From positions 160,001-224,000 of the IMG/VR virus record IMGVR_UViG_3300037466_002980: a DNA stretch of 64,000 bases; one strand, given 5' to 3'. The notes under the pieces are model-generated. The model saw only the letters and a program-made list of their open reading frames with translations, made no database searches and was not told the DNA's origin. Below are positions 34,500-45,089 of the stretch, piece by piece (within the stretch, counting starts at the first letter, position 1; the number at the start of each line of letters is the position of its first letter). Source of the stretch: a virus. Its lineage: Duplodnaviria > Heunggongvirae > Uroviricota > Caudoviricetes. The position numbers were made by a program, and so were the translations under genes.

Positions 34500-36224
34500 T
34501 TATTGTCCAAAATTATCTACTTCATTATCGGAAACTTCTGACCCATCTCCGCCGGTCATATCCATACCTTCGGTACCCTCTTCGCCTTCTGGAGGAAGCA
34601 TTCCATCAATGCCAGAACTTGTAATTCCAACATCTGATAAACCAGTTGGTGCAGATCCACCACCCATTGGTTCAGGTGCAAACGTTTTAGTGAGTCTGCT
34701 TCTCTCTTCCTTCCACATACGTTCATTTTCTGCAAGTTCTGCATCAGTCCAACCAAGATACCTTTTAAGAATAAATCTCTTAGAAACAAACGAAATATCA
34801 GTCAATGCAGTAAAGGCATTAATTTTTGCTGCATCTAATTCGAGTTGTCTGTATTCAGAGAATGATTGTGGTTCTGTAAACTGAATTTCAAATAAACTGT
34901 TATCAACTGTGACACCACGATGCTTTAAGAATAATTTAAATTCTGTATCGAAAGATTCAATAATTTGTTGTTGGTATCTTGAAACCACTTTAGCAAATCT
35001 AAATTCTTGAATAAATGCTGTTCCAACCTTACCATCATTTATTGTGGCAGTTCCATCTTCTGGACCGGTTGGGAGATATGAACTTGGAACACCAAGCGCT
35101 CTCATCATTTTATTATTGAAATATCTTAAATCATCAATATCACCAAGATTTTCACCACCAGGTAATACTTCTACCTTAGATCCACGACCTTCACTTGTTA
35201 CAGCAAAGAAGTAGTCTTCAAGAATAGACATTGGATTATATGTAGAATCGACAACATTTGCTCCGCCACCAGTTCTACTTGGAATTCTCTTTTGCTGAAC
35301 TTCATAGCGAACACGTTCAAGATACTGTTGTGATTTGTTTGGAGGCATTGTTCCGACGTCAATAAAGAAAACACGTCTTTCTGGTGCTCTGTGAACACGA
35401 TAAATTAAGATTGCATCTTCAAGTAATTCTTTCTGTTTATAAACTTTATAAATCTGTTCAAGAATACTTAAACCAAATGGCCATGCAGCATTCATACCAT
35501 CAGTTAATGAAAGTTGAACAATATGTTCTGCATCTACTGCAACTGCACCACCATCTTGGTAGTTAGCTGTTCCTGCACCACCATAACCGCCCGATACATA
35601 ATTCATGTTACCTTGCATTGGCGGAGAAAATACAATACTATTCGCACCAAAAGTTTCATTTGAAAGTTTATTAAGCTGGTTAGTAGCAACCATGCTTTTG
35701 ATATTTAAATCAATATCCTTAATAAAATAACTTTCAATTTTCTTTCCATCACTTTCGTTAACAATAACCTTCTCTACTTTGGCAGGATCTACCCAATAGA
35801 GTTCAAATGTTTCTGGATCTCGAATAAAAAATTGATCTCCATATACTAGGGTTGATCTAAACATTCTCCATAGACGTCTATTTAATTTATTTAATCTAAC
35901 CCATTGTCCTAAAGATTTTTCTAAAATTTGAATTTCAGCTGGCGTTGGTTCTTCATTATAATTAATAACCAATGGCATTTTAGTTGGTTCATTAACTTCA
36001 GTTCCAAAATCAGCAATTGTATCTAGTGCAGCACTTATTTCATGATCAAAATTCATCTGATCATAAACTGAATATCTTTGTAATCTATCTGGTGGTCCAG
36101 AATAAACTTCTGGAAGCCAATTACTATATTTAGATATAGAAGCATATGCTGAAGTGCTATCTATTGATCTCTGTGATGCTGGTAAAACGGAATTTACCGG
36201 CTTAAAAAACTTACGCCATGTCAT
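34500..36224 (-). CDS. Portal protein (gp20-like)
   Basis: LEDAILIYR..RAPERRVF.IDVG.MP, EDYFF, LPGG.NLG.IDD. Confidence 0.95.
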   Translation of the reverse strand: MTWRKFFKPVNSVLPASQRSIDSTSAYASISKYSNWLPEVYSGPPDRLQRYSVYDQMNFDHEISAALDTIADFGTEVNEPTKMPLVINYNEEPTPAEIQILEKSLGQWVRLNKLNRRLWRMFRSTLVYGDQFFIRDPETFELYWVDPAKVEKVIVNESDGKKIESYFIKDIDLNIKSMVATNQLNKLSNETFGANSIVFSPPMQGNMNYVSGGYGGAGTANYQDGGAVAVDAEHIVQLSLTDGMNAAWPFGLSILEQIYKVYKQKELLEDAILIYRVHRAPERRVFFIDVGTMPPNKSQQYLERVRYEVQQKRIPSRTGGGANVVDSTYNPMSILEDYFFAVTSEGRGSKVEVLPGGENLGDIDDLRYFNNKMMRALGVPSSYLPTGPEDGTATINDGKVGTAFIQEFRFAKVVSRYQQQIIESFDTEFKLFLKHRGVTVDNSLFEIQFTEPQSFSEYRQLELDAAKINAFTALTDISFVSKRFILKRYLGWTDAELAENERMWKEERSRLTKTFAPEPMGGGSAPTGLSDVGITSSGIDGMLPPEGEEGTEGMDMTGGDGSEVSDNEVDNFGQ

Positions 36225-38611
36225 ACTTGTGCCCTGGTATATTTGAGAATATCTTTACTTGTAGATGCCATAGAATTAATGCTATGAAGAAGTTGTTCCA
36301 TCAACGAATTTTGATAATTTAATGCTGTATTTATGTTAACATCACTAGAGGACTTCTCAATTCCTGTTCCTGCTGCAGAAGACGATTCTGGAATCTTCAC
36401 TGCCTTGACTGATTGAGTATCGGGCTGTTCTGCAATTGTTTTCGGTGAAACTACATTTGTTTGTGATGGACTTTTAATAATAGTTACATTATTGGAACTA
36501 ACTGCACTCGATTTAGATTCAGAAATCTTTGTATTTGTCACTGATGATGCCGGTGATTTATTTTCACCAGAACCAAACCATCCTTTAGCAAAATCAGGAA
36601 TAAATTTTCCAACGACACGGCCTATTAATTGTTTGAATGCATCGCCTATATCATTCACAATATTAGTAAATTCTGAAAATATCGATTTAACACTATCAGG
36701 AATTAATCCAATAACCTCTTTTATTTTTCCACTAATCCACGATGCAATGTTTGCATATCCATCTCCGATTTCGGAAAAAGTTTTCATAAAATAATCTTTT
36801 ATCTGAATCAATCCCTTCCAGAATGAAGAGAGGGTATCTAACAGGCCAGCAGTAATATCATCAATTCCTTTAAATAGAGAATCCATCATATCGTTGAACC
36901 AATTGAAATTTGATACAACTCCGTATATCTGTTCTCCAATTGCCTGTCCTACTTCAAATGCTGCATAAAGTAATCCTGCCACACCTAATAATCTTCCAAC
37001 TATAGGAAGTAATCTTCCTATTCCACCAAATAATCTGCTTATTAGTCCCGGTGCCTTAGATCCTTCTTCTGCAATCAGACCAAAATTCTTCGAAGCAACT
37101 CTAACAATCGATCCTAATATTTTCATTCCGGCAAAAAATGTCCCAATTACAATGCCTATGCCAACCCACGATCTTGTTTGATCACTAAAAAGATTTATGA
37201 ATGCATCAATCTTTTTATTAAGCCATTCTAAACCATTTGCAAACATTTCAATCATTGGTGCTGTTGGTGCAAATGCCTGTTGCAACTTAGAAAGTAATGT
37301 TTCCCATTGAGTTGCTAATGCTGCTCGAGCCTTATTTGTACTTTCTAATTTCTTAAGATCTTTTTCATTTAATTCTGTAACAGCTCTTGCCGATTGTTGT
37401 AAACCAGCATACATTTCAAGTGCTTTGTTTGCTTCTCCAGCTAATTCCGGAACTTGACTATAGAAGTTCGCTTGTTGCTTATTTGCTTCAATTTCTGCGT
37501 GATTTCTTCTTTCAAATTCCTTTAATGCTTGAGCTTGTTGTTGTGGACTTAATCCATCTAGGCTTCTAACAAATGCTTGCATCTTCTGTGCAAATCCACC
37601 TTGACCTAATTTCTGTAATGTCATTGATGTTTCGTTAAGTGGTTTTACTACATCGGTCATCATCTTTAAAAGACTCTTACCAAAATTTTGATTCTTTAAC
37701 GATGATACAAATTCTAAGGTAGATTCGGCTGCTTTTTCACCTACCTGTCCTTGTAAAACACTCGCTTCGTTACTCTTTGCTAATGCATCTAAATTGGCTA
37801 AAATTGCTGCTCTTGCCATTCCGGTTGCAAGACTTAATTTATTAATTCTATCTCCAAATCCAACTAATTCTGACGAAACCTGTAATACGCTCTTCTTACT
37901 GACGTCAGTGTATCCCATTTGTGTATCTAAATAAGCACCGAGTAAATCAGCAGATTCCTTGCTAGAAAATCCAAATTGCAATAAATTCTTTGTTGCTAAA
38001 CCAACTGTCTTAGCAAATTTTCCTGCACTAAATGCATTCACTGCTGCATTATATTTCGTCATACTAGCTGCTAATTCTGTATAACGAACTCCAGTAAGTG
38101 CGGTAATCTGTTGAAGAGAATTAAATCCGTCAGATGCAGATTGTAGATTAGCGACCAAATTGATGCCTTCAGCATTTAGTTTGGTATAGGTATCAAAATT
38201 TTCTTTAAATGTATTTTGAATTGCTGCTCCGAAAGCAACTATTCTACCTCTGATTTCTGTCCAGACAGCAAGCTGATCTTCCCAGTGCTTCTTCTTTTTC
38301 TTAAAATGATCTTCTTCTTCTTTTCGTTCTTTCTTTTTCTTAGTATTTTCGGAATTTTCTTTAGCAAGGTTTTTAACTGCTTCTTCTAGCTCATCGTTAT
38401 ACTTCTTTGTTGTCTCTGGATTATTTGAACCTTTTCCGCCGAATTTTTTGGCAGCTTCTGCTAACATTTTATTCTGGACTTGTAATGTCTTTTCTAAAAT
38501 GCCTTGAATTTTAAATAAGGTACTTTCAGTAGCCCATGGCGGAAGTCCGCTTAATGCTTCTGTAAACGCACCATCAGCAGCACCCGTAATAAAAACAGAA
38601 TTATCAGCCAT
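36221..38611 (-). CDS. Tape measure-like/baseplate hub protein
   Basis: Helical Ala-rich protein with central hydrophobic segments. Confidence 0.65.
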   Translation of the reverse strand: MADNSVFITGAADGAFTEALSGLPPWATESTLFKIQGILEKTLQVQNKMLAEAAKKFGGKGSNNPETTKKYNDELEEAVKNLAKENSENTKKKKERKEEEDHFKKKKKHWEDQLAVWTEIRGRIVAFGAAIQNTFKENFDTYTKLNAEGINLVANLQSASDGFNSLQQITALTGVRYTELAASMTKYNAAVNAFSAGKFAKTVGLATKNLLQFGFSSKESADLLGAYLDTQMGYTDVSKKSVLQVSSELVGFGDRINKLSLATGMARAAILANLDALAKSNEASVLQGQVGEKAAESTLEFVSSLKNQNFGKSLLKMMTDVVKPLNETSMTLQKLGQGGFAQKMQAFVRSLDGLSPQQQAQALKEFERRNHAEIEANKQQANFYSQVPELAGEANKALEMYAGLQQSARAVTELNEKDLKKLESTNKARAALATQWETLLSKLQQAFAPTAPMIEMFANGLEWLNKKIDAFINLFSDQTRSWVGIGIVIGTFFAGMKILGSIVRVASKNFGLIAEEGSKAPGLISRLFGGIGRLLPIVGRLLGVAGLLYAAFEVGQAIGEQIYGVVSNFNWFNDMMDSLFKGIDDITAGLLDTLSSFWKGLIQIKDYFMKTFSEIGDGYANIASWISGKIKEVIGLIPDSVKSIFSEFTNIVNDIGDAFKQLIGRVVGKFIPDFAKGWFGSGENKSPASSVTNTKISESKSSAVSSNNVTIIKSPSQTNVVSPKTIAEQPDTQSVKAVKIPESSSAAGTGIEKSSSDVNINTALNYQNSLMEQLLHSINSMASTSKDILKYTRAQV

Positions 38612-38694
38612 ATTTTCAGCCTATTAAGTCCCTTGATAAATAATAAAAAAGTATATTTCGATCTTATTTATCAGAAATATTTTCAAGGAAAATT

Positions 38695-39534
38695 ATGGAA
38701 CAACATCAGAATCCACTAAAACAGTATTTTAGGCAAATTAAATTATTCATAAAACTACCAAGTGGAATTACATATTATCCACCGGGATCAATTAAATTTA
38801 CAGATCAAGGTGAAGTGGGAATTTTTCCAATGACTGGAAAGGACGAATTAATCCTCAAAAATCCCGATGCCCTCTTAAATGGCGAAGCATTAATCGAAGT
38901 TTTAAAAAGTTGCGCACCATCTATTTCAGATCCAAAGATATTGTTAACAAATGATATCAATGCATTAATTACCGCTATTAGATATGCAACCTTTAATGAT
39001 AAACTAGAAACCGAAATTGCTTGTCCTTCGTGTGGTCATCAAAATTTATTCAAATTAGATTTAGGTTATGCATTAGACCACATGACGTATTTAGAAGCCG
39101 ATTACGTTGTAAATCTCGAATCCGGACTTACAGTTTTTGTCAGGCCATACGGATTTACCGATCTTCTTGCAGGTTTACATGCTCAATTTGAACAAACAAA
39201 AATTCAAAGAGCTATCGAAAACGAAGATCTAACAGAAGAACAAAGAATAAAATTATTTTCTACCGCGTTTAAAGAAATGTCAAAAATTTCTTATTTGTTA
39301 GTTGCAAATTCAATTATCAAGGTTGTTGATGAAAGAAATAATATTCATGTAACCGATAAGAAAGATATTAAAGAATTTATAGATAATATCGATAAGAAAA
39401 GCATCGATCAAATTTCCGATCTAGTACAAGAAATTAATAAGGTAGGTATTAAACAAACATTCCCAGCTAAATGTGAAAAATGTAATCACGAATGGGAACA
39501 CGAAATTGATTTTAATCCGGTAAATTTTTCATAA
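38695..39534 (+). CDS. Baseplate hub assembly/tail chaperone (gp26-like)
   Basis: NPL..YFR....I.LPS, P..LLNG, two CxxC pairs. Confidence 0.75.
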   Translation: MEQHQNPLKQYFRQIKLFIKLPSGITYYPPGSIKFTDQGEVGIFPMTGKDELILKNPDALLNGEALIEVLKSCAPSISDPKILLTNDINALITAIRYATFNDKLETEIACPSCGHQNLFKLDLGYALDHMTYLEADYVVNLESGLTVFVRPYGFTDLLAGLHAQFEQTKIQRAIENEDLTEEQRIKLFSTAFKEMSKISYLLVANSIIKVVDERNNIHVTDKKDIKEFIDNIDKKSIDQISDLVQEINKVGIKQTFPAKCEKCNHEWEHEIDFNPVNFS

Positions 39535-39542
39535 GGTCCTTA

Positions 39543-39761
39543 ATGTATCTACCATCCGAAAAATTAATGGACCTGTTAAAAACGTATGAAAACGAATGTA
39601 ATAAATTAAGAGAAGATATAGCAGAAATTTGTTACGTTATGAAGGGTGGTGTTGATTATGATTCTGCCTGGGGAATGAGTTTCGAAGATAGAGAAATATT
39701 AATTAAGGTAATTAATAGACACCTAAAAGCATCTAATCCTAACGGTAAAGAATATATGTGA
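39543..39761 (+). CDS. gp51-like small assembly protein
   Basis: M.GG..Y..AW.M...DR motif after gp26-like gene. Confidence 0.65.
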   Translation: MYLPSEKLMDLLKTYENECNKLREDIAEICYVMKGGVDYDSAWGMSFEDREILIKVINRHLKASNPNGKEYM

Positions 39762-39770
39762 GGCAATATC

Positions 39771-40340
39771 ATGCAAAAGAAGACAGATATACACGAACTT
39801 GACATTCCTAAAGATGATGTGGAATGTTGGAATAGATACACAAAATTTCATTGGGTCTATGATCTTTCTAGATTGTTTGAAGCACAGAGCCTTAAATGGT
39901 CTCCGTTTAAAACTGAAGAATTTTTTGTAAAAAGAAAGACATATGATATCATATCTGCAAATTCTCAAACTGATTCTTATATCTACACTAAAGACATAGA
40001 TGGAGATCTAACAATTTCAGAAGTTTACCTAATAAAAGGTGAATTAAAATACATGAGACATATCAATTCAACAACTCTAGAAGAATTACCTCTAAATGGA
40101 CAAATAGAACTAAGACTCAATGCTTTTTCAACTTTGTATTTTCAGAAGTTTACCGGTGTAATCACAATAGAAACAATTGGAATAGATATAGTCAGAATTA
40201 GACTTCGTCCATATGTAGACATTATGGAAGAGAAGAATCATGAAGTCATTAAATTACTTCGTAGAATCTATAAGAAATCAGAAACTTCAATTATTAATGG
40301 TCTTACAGACCAAGTCCATCAAGAATCCCTCGCTTCGTAA
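39771..40340 (+). CDS. Hypothetical protein
   Basis: ORF track, SD GAGG. Confidence 0.65.
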   Translation: MQKKTDIHELDIPKDDVECWNRYTKFHWVYDLSRLFEAQSLKWSPFKTEEFFVKRKTYDIISANSQTDSYIYTKDIDGDLTISEVYLIKGELKYMRHINSTTLEELPLNGQIELRLNAFSTLYFQKFTGVITIETIGIDIVRIRLRPYVDIMEEKNHEVIKLLRRIYKKSETSIINGLTDQVHQESLAS

Positions 40341-40399
40341 ACTTCGCTCGTATTCTTTCGGACTAATAAAAAATTCTTATTTAATAATGATTTTATTTA

Positions 40400-40890
40400 A
40401 GGCTTGACGGGAGAGTCAGACCAAGGGTATCGCTACGCCTTGGTGGTGAAACTTCTTGACAGTTTCGCCAGACTCTGAAATAGGATATTTTATGTAGTGT
40501 TGGATTGATTATGTCAACTACGCGCTCATAAGGCGTCCCGGAAGGGGTCCAGTATCTATGTCGATACCTTTTGGACTCAGTGTAATTCAATAGCTTTTCA
40601 GACAACTATTGACACTCAGCAGGCCATACCCTGTTTTCACATACCTGCTGCAAACTCCTCACTATCTTACGACAAATTAAATTTGCTTTCTTATAGCTCT
40701 GCCGCTGTGCATTCAACGGTCCTGGCTGTTGCGCTCCATTCCGAACGACTCGCCGGCGATATTATAACGAAGGCTCGCTACCCTTATTCTGCATTAAACT
40801 TAATTTCTATGATTTGATTTGATTTAAGATTTGGGTTTAATTTGTTTTCTGTTTTTAATGTTTTCTGATTTTTAAATTTTTTCTATATAT
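40400..40890 (+). other. Non-coding hairpin array followed by T-rich repeats (ncRNA or origin-like)
   Basis: About nine adjacent hairpins; GATTT and TGTTTT repeats at 40810-40885. Confidence 0.5.
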
Positions 40891-41038
40891 AAACCTAAAC
40901 GCTGTTGTCCTTATACGTTCACAGGGCGCGTTACTCCTGCTATCTAAATTTTCGATTTTAAAATGATGAACAATTACTATGAACTGTTATTACTATTTTA
41001 GCAGTATTTAATCATTGGCCTTAATAATTTTGATATAA

Positions 41039-41608
41039 TTAAAATTGACCATCGGGATCGGTAACAAAATGTCTCATTTCTTCAACACGAATTAACCAAC
41101 CGCGAAGATATTTTGCCTGAGTTGGTTTTCTTTGAACAATGTTTCTATAATAATCTGCACGTTCATCACATACAGAATTACATAAGGCAATCTCATCTGC
41201 ATTTTTAATAGCTTCGATTGTTTCTTGTCCAATTTTTCCATCAACGGTAACATTTACTGCACGTTGAATTAATTTTGCTGCAGAAGCAAGTCCTATATTA
41301 ATAGAACCGTCAAAGTGTAATGCGGCAAGACGTCCCGGCATATCATCACAATGAGAAGGAATCCAATATCTATCAAAATAAATGTGTTTGGCCTGTTCCC
41401 AATTTAAATTTTTAACATCAATATCTGGATTTTCATTTTCGGCAATTCCGTATTTTGTTTCTCCACCTGGATCGTTAGGATCATTGGTGTAACCTGTATA
41501 TTTGTCGCTTGTACCATCAATGGCCCCTGGATTATCTAAACTCCAGAATCCACCAACTTCATATTTCATTTCATGATTTACGGCTGATTCAAATGCTTGC
41601 GAATACAC
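41039..41608 (-). CDS. GH108 lysozyme with peptidoglycan-binding domain
   Basis: EVGG...DPNDPGGETKYGI; DGKIG..T; GW..R. Confidence 0.88.
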   Translation of the reverse strand: MYSQAFESAVNHEMKYEVGGFWSLDNPGAIDGTSDKYTGYTNDPNDPGGETKYGIAENENPDIDVKNLNWEQAKHIYFDRYWIPSHCDDMPGRLAALHFDGSINIGLASAAKLIQRAVNVTVDGKIGQETIEAIKNADEIALCNSVCDERADYYRNIVQRKPTQAKYLRGWLIRVEEMRHFVTDPDGQF

Positions 41609-41667
41609 AGTTTTCTCCCAATATAACGATATTTATGTGATAAATAACAAAACAAGGGATTTAATGA

Positions 41668-42186
41668 ATGCCAAGTAAATCAAAAACAAAAGGAAATTCC
41701 TGGGAATTAGATGTATCTAAATTTCTAAGCGAAACCTATAACGAAAATTTTCTAAGAATACCGTCATCGGGTGCATTTGTTGGTGGAAAAAATAACATCA
41801 GAAAAGTATCATTAGATGGATCACAACTTCAAAGTAAGAAGGGCGATATACATCCACCGGAAACATGGAAACATTGGAATATTGAATGTAAGAATTATAA
41901 AGATTTTCCATTTCATCAATTATGGACAACTGATGTGAAAATTTTAGACTCGTGGATTCAACAACAGAAAGATGTTGAAGATCCAGGAGATTTAAATTTA
42001 ATTCTTATTAAGATTAGTAGAAAAGATAAATGGGTTGTATTTCCGGAAAATCTCGGATTTATTGTCGATCGTTCTCTTCTGTACAAAGGCTGGTATTTTG
42101 TATCATGGGATGATTTCTGGACAAAGGAACAGAATCGTAATCTTGTGAAACAACATTCCCAATTAGGTACCAATAAAGATTTATGA
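41668..42186 (+). CDS. Holliday junction resolvase (PD-(D/E)XK)
   Basis: K.KG...E, SGA, GDI, IECK. Confidence 0.8.
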   Translation: MPSKSKTKGNSWELDVSKFLSETYNENFLRIPSSGAFVGGKNNIRKVSLDGSQLQSKKGDIHPPETWKHWNIECKNYKDFPFHQLWTTDVKILDSWIQQQKDVEDPGDLNLILIKISRKDKWVVFPENLGFIVDRSLLYKGWYFVSWDDFWTKEQNRNLVKQHSQLGTNKDL

Positions 42187-42839
42187 TTCCAACCTTTCTT
42201 GATTTACCTTTAATTAATTTAGAATGTGGACCCCCAGAAGATAGACGAAGATTAACATTCAGACTCGATTTTTTAAGACGTCGGGTTGGTGTTCTTGTAA
42301 GTGGTGGATTAGATAGTGCTTTATTGTATTATCTATTGGTTCGATTAAATCATGAAAATAATTGGTCTCATGAAATAACTCCCTATACGATTCTTCGAAA
42401 AGAAGGTTCACCTGAGTTTGCTCCTTTGGTTATTAATTATATCGATAGTTTGTTTGGATTACCGAAGAGAGAATTATCGATTGTTGGCGATAATACATTA
42501 CCCGAAAATAAACAGGTAGAATCTGGTGTGGTAGAAATACTTAAAAATCAAGGTATTGTCTATCTCGGATTAATTGAAAATTTAGAAATTCATACAGTTG
42601 GTTGGAATACACCAACAATATGGAAAGATTCAGAGATTAGAAAATACCCCCTCAAGCATCTTAATAAGAGTCATATCATTGATTTAATCTATCAATGTAA
42701 TCAAGAATATTTATTTGAAATTACACATAGTTGCATTTTTCCATCGGGCAGATGTAATGAATGCAATGGATGCAATGGATGCAATGAACGTAATTGGGGT
42801 TTTATGCAACTTGGAAAAACAGATCCAGGAAAGCGATAA
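42183..42839 (+). CDS. QueC-like PP-loop protein
   Basis: SGGLDS; P...L.K..I; T.SC...C..C..C.ER. Confidence 0.65.
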   Translation: MIPTFLDLPLINLECGPPEDRRRLTFRLDFLRRRVGVLVSGGLDSALLYYLLVRLNHENNWSHEITPYTILRKEGSPEFAPLVINYIDSLFGLPKRELSIVGDNTLPENKQVESGVVEILKNQGIVYLGLIENLEIHTVGWNTPTIWKDSEIRKYPLKHLNKSHIIDLIYQCNQEYLFEITHSCIFPSGRCNECNGCNGCNERNWGFMQLGKTDPGKR

Positions 42840-42848
42840 TTTAATCTA

Positions 42849-43319
42849 TTAAATTCGAGAAAAATTATTCTTCTTATTTGATTTCTTATAATCACCAGAT
42901 ATAAATGATTTATACGAATGACAATCTTTACATAATGTCTGAACATTATCTGGAACATTATTAAAATGATTGCCATCAATGTGGTCTAATTCCAATTGGC
43001 CTGAAAACTTTATAGTAGTGGTACATGTGAAACCTAATCGACCATCGATATTTTCACAAAAATCTTTTTTATGTGCTTTTATATTTTCTGGTAATAATTT
43101 CTTACCATAACTGGCTTCATGGCAAGACCTGCATACTGTTCTAAGTACACGTCTAGTTTTTACATTTTCTACAGACCCTGATGATAATGTAACAGGGTTT
43201 TCACAACCATGATTAATACATTTCGGTCTAGGCATTCCGTCTGGAAAGAGATACGGCGCCTCCCATATTTGAACCTGATTTGTCATACCGGTTATATTTA
43301 TGAGATGACGCCAAATCAA
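42849..43319 (-). CDS. HNH endonuclease
   Basis: LDHIDGNH.NN...N..TLC..CH. Confidence 0.85.
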   Translation of the reverse strand: MIWRHLINITGMTNQVQIWEAPYLFPDGMPRPKCINHGCENPVTLSSGSVENVKTRRVLRTVCRSCHEASYGKKLLPENIKAHKKDFCENIDGRLGFTCTTTIKFSGQLELDHIDGNHFNNVPDNVQTLCKDCHSYKSFISGDYKKSNKKNNFSRI

Positions 43320-45082
43320 ACTGACGCATTTGATTCTAAGGTAGTAAATCCGCCTTCTTTAACAACCTTAAGAACATCAGTGACACGACCAACTAATTCG
43401 TCACGGTGCGAAATTAAGAAAATATTTCGTTTATTATCACGACTCATCTTCTTTAGTATTCTTAATGAAGATTCGACACCACTTGAATCTAAACCATTAT
43501 CAATTAATTCATCAATAAATAGCAAATTAATCTTATCATTCATACTTTCAAACACATCGCGGAAGGCCCATGATAATGAAAGTATCAATCTTGTACGTTC
43601 GCCTCTACTTAAATTATCAAAGTCAAATTCTTTACCATACATACTGATTTCAACTTCAAGGTCTGATTTGAATTTAACGCTGTGAGGTAAACCTATTTCG
43701 GAGATATAATACGATAATCTCTGATTTAATAAAGAAAGGTTTTGATCAATAATTTTCTTTCTGATAAAACTATCTTTACTTGTCAACAATTTAAGAAGAA
43801 ATTCCTGATGATCTCTTAGTTTTACTAATTCATTGAGTTTATCGAAATTAATTTCTTGAAGACCATCTTTCCTCAATGATTCGATTTGCTCAATATAAGG
43901 GTTCTGTGCCTTCAATTCATTCTCTAAATTGTTTCCTAACTTGTCCAAAATATTTTTATGCTGATATGCTTCGTCGATAGTTTCATAAAATGTTTTCGGA
44001 ACTTCCGGAATAAGTCCTTCAACAGATTGAAGTAATATCAACACTTCATCTCTTTTAAGAATCTTCGCATCTAATTTTTTTCTAAGATCCTTTTGTTGTT
44101 CTTCATATTCTTCGTGAACACGATGATGTGTTTCTTTATCCATTTCTTGATTACAGGTAGGACAAATTTTTTCATTAGATGTTTTTAGAACATTAACAAG
44201 TTTCTTAAGACTTTTTTCGTTTGAATCAATATCGGACTGCAAAGATGATAATTCTTTAGATAAAGAACGATGTTCTGACCTAAGATCTTCAATTTCTTTT
44301 TTAGTCTTATGATTTTGTATTTCCGAATCAATATCAACATTCAACAATTCAGTGATTTGTGTTTGCAAATCATCTATCTTATTAATTTTATTCGTCTCCC
44401 ATCCCTGTGATTTTCGTTCTAGAAGTACAATGTTTTGTTCTATTCTTCTATTTGCTTCGGTAGCTGCAGAAATACGAAACTCTTCTTCTTTAATCTCATC
44501 TTTGGTTGTCTTGTTGATATTACTTAACTTTTCAGCCTTTTCAGACAATTTTGTAATACCTAACAATTGTTCAATGATTGTTCTTTGATCACTAGATTTT
44601 AAAGCCAAGAAAGGTTCTACATAAGTATTCAAGGCTAAGATATGTTTAAACATATCATGGCTAAAACCAATAGTTCTAACAATTTCTTCTTGAGTATGTC
44701 GTCCTTCACCTTGTGATTCATCGTCACTAGCATCAGTTTCAACATCGCCTTTGGTGAATTTAAAGATAGCAGGCTTTCTGCCACGTTCTATCTTATATGT
44801 TACACCATCTAATTCAAATCCAAGTGTTACCAACATGTGCTTCATGTTGGATTTATTAATTAAATTATCTTTCTTAATGTTGGTTAATGCTGTACCAAAC
44901 AATGCATAACTGATTGCATTTACGATACTAGATTTTCCTACACCATTTTTATTATCATTTCCGCCTAGATCTAAATTTTCACCTAAAACTAAAATCAAAT
45001 CATTATTATTAAAATTTATCGACTGTGTAACATTGCCGATACTCATGAAATTTTTAATTGTCAAACTTTGTAATAATAGCAT
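43316..45082 (-). CDS. Recombination exonuclease ATPase subunit (gp46/Rad50-like)
   Basis: NGVGKS Walker A, CPTC hook, LSRGE signature, FIDE, ISH. Confidence 0.93.
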   Translation of the reverse strand: MLLLQSLTIKNFMSIGNVTQSINFNNNDLILVLGENLDLGGNDNKNGVGKSSIVNAISYALFGTALTNIKKDNLINKSNMKHMLVTLGFELDGVTYKIERGRKPAIFKFTKGDVETDASDDESQGEGRHTQEEIVRTIGFSHDMFKHILALNTYVEPFLALKSSDQRTIIEQLLGITKLSEKAEKLSNINKTTKDEIKEEEFRISAATEANRRIEQNIVLLERKSQGWETNKINKIDDLQTQITELLNVDIDSEIQNHKTKKEIEDLRSEHRSLSKELSSLQSDIDSNEKSLKKLVNVLKTSNEKICPTCNQEMDKETHHRVHEEYEEQQKDLRKKLDAKILKRDEVLILLQSVEGLIPEVPKTFYETIDEAYQHKNILDKLGNNLENELKAQNPYIEQIESLRKDGLQEINFDKLNELVKLRDHQEFLLKLLTSKDSFIRKKIIDQNLSLLNQRLSYYISEIGLPHSVKFKSDLEVEISMYGKEFDFDNLSRGERTRLILSLSWAFRDVFESMNDKINLLFIDELIDNGLDSSGVESSLRILKKMSRDNKRNIFLISHRDELVGRVTDVLKVVKEGGFTTLESNASV

Positions 45083-45089
45083 CTATTTC

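Noticed and set aside
40393-40605. 70-aa minus-strand ORF
   Set aside because: Non-ATG start, no SD, lies within the hairpin array
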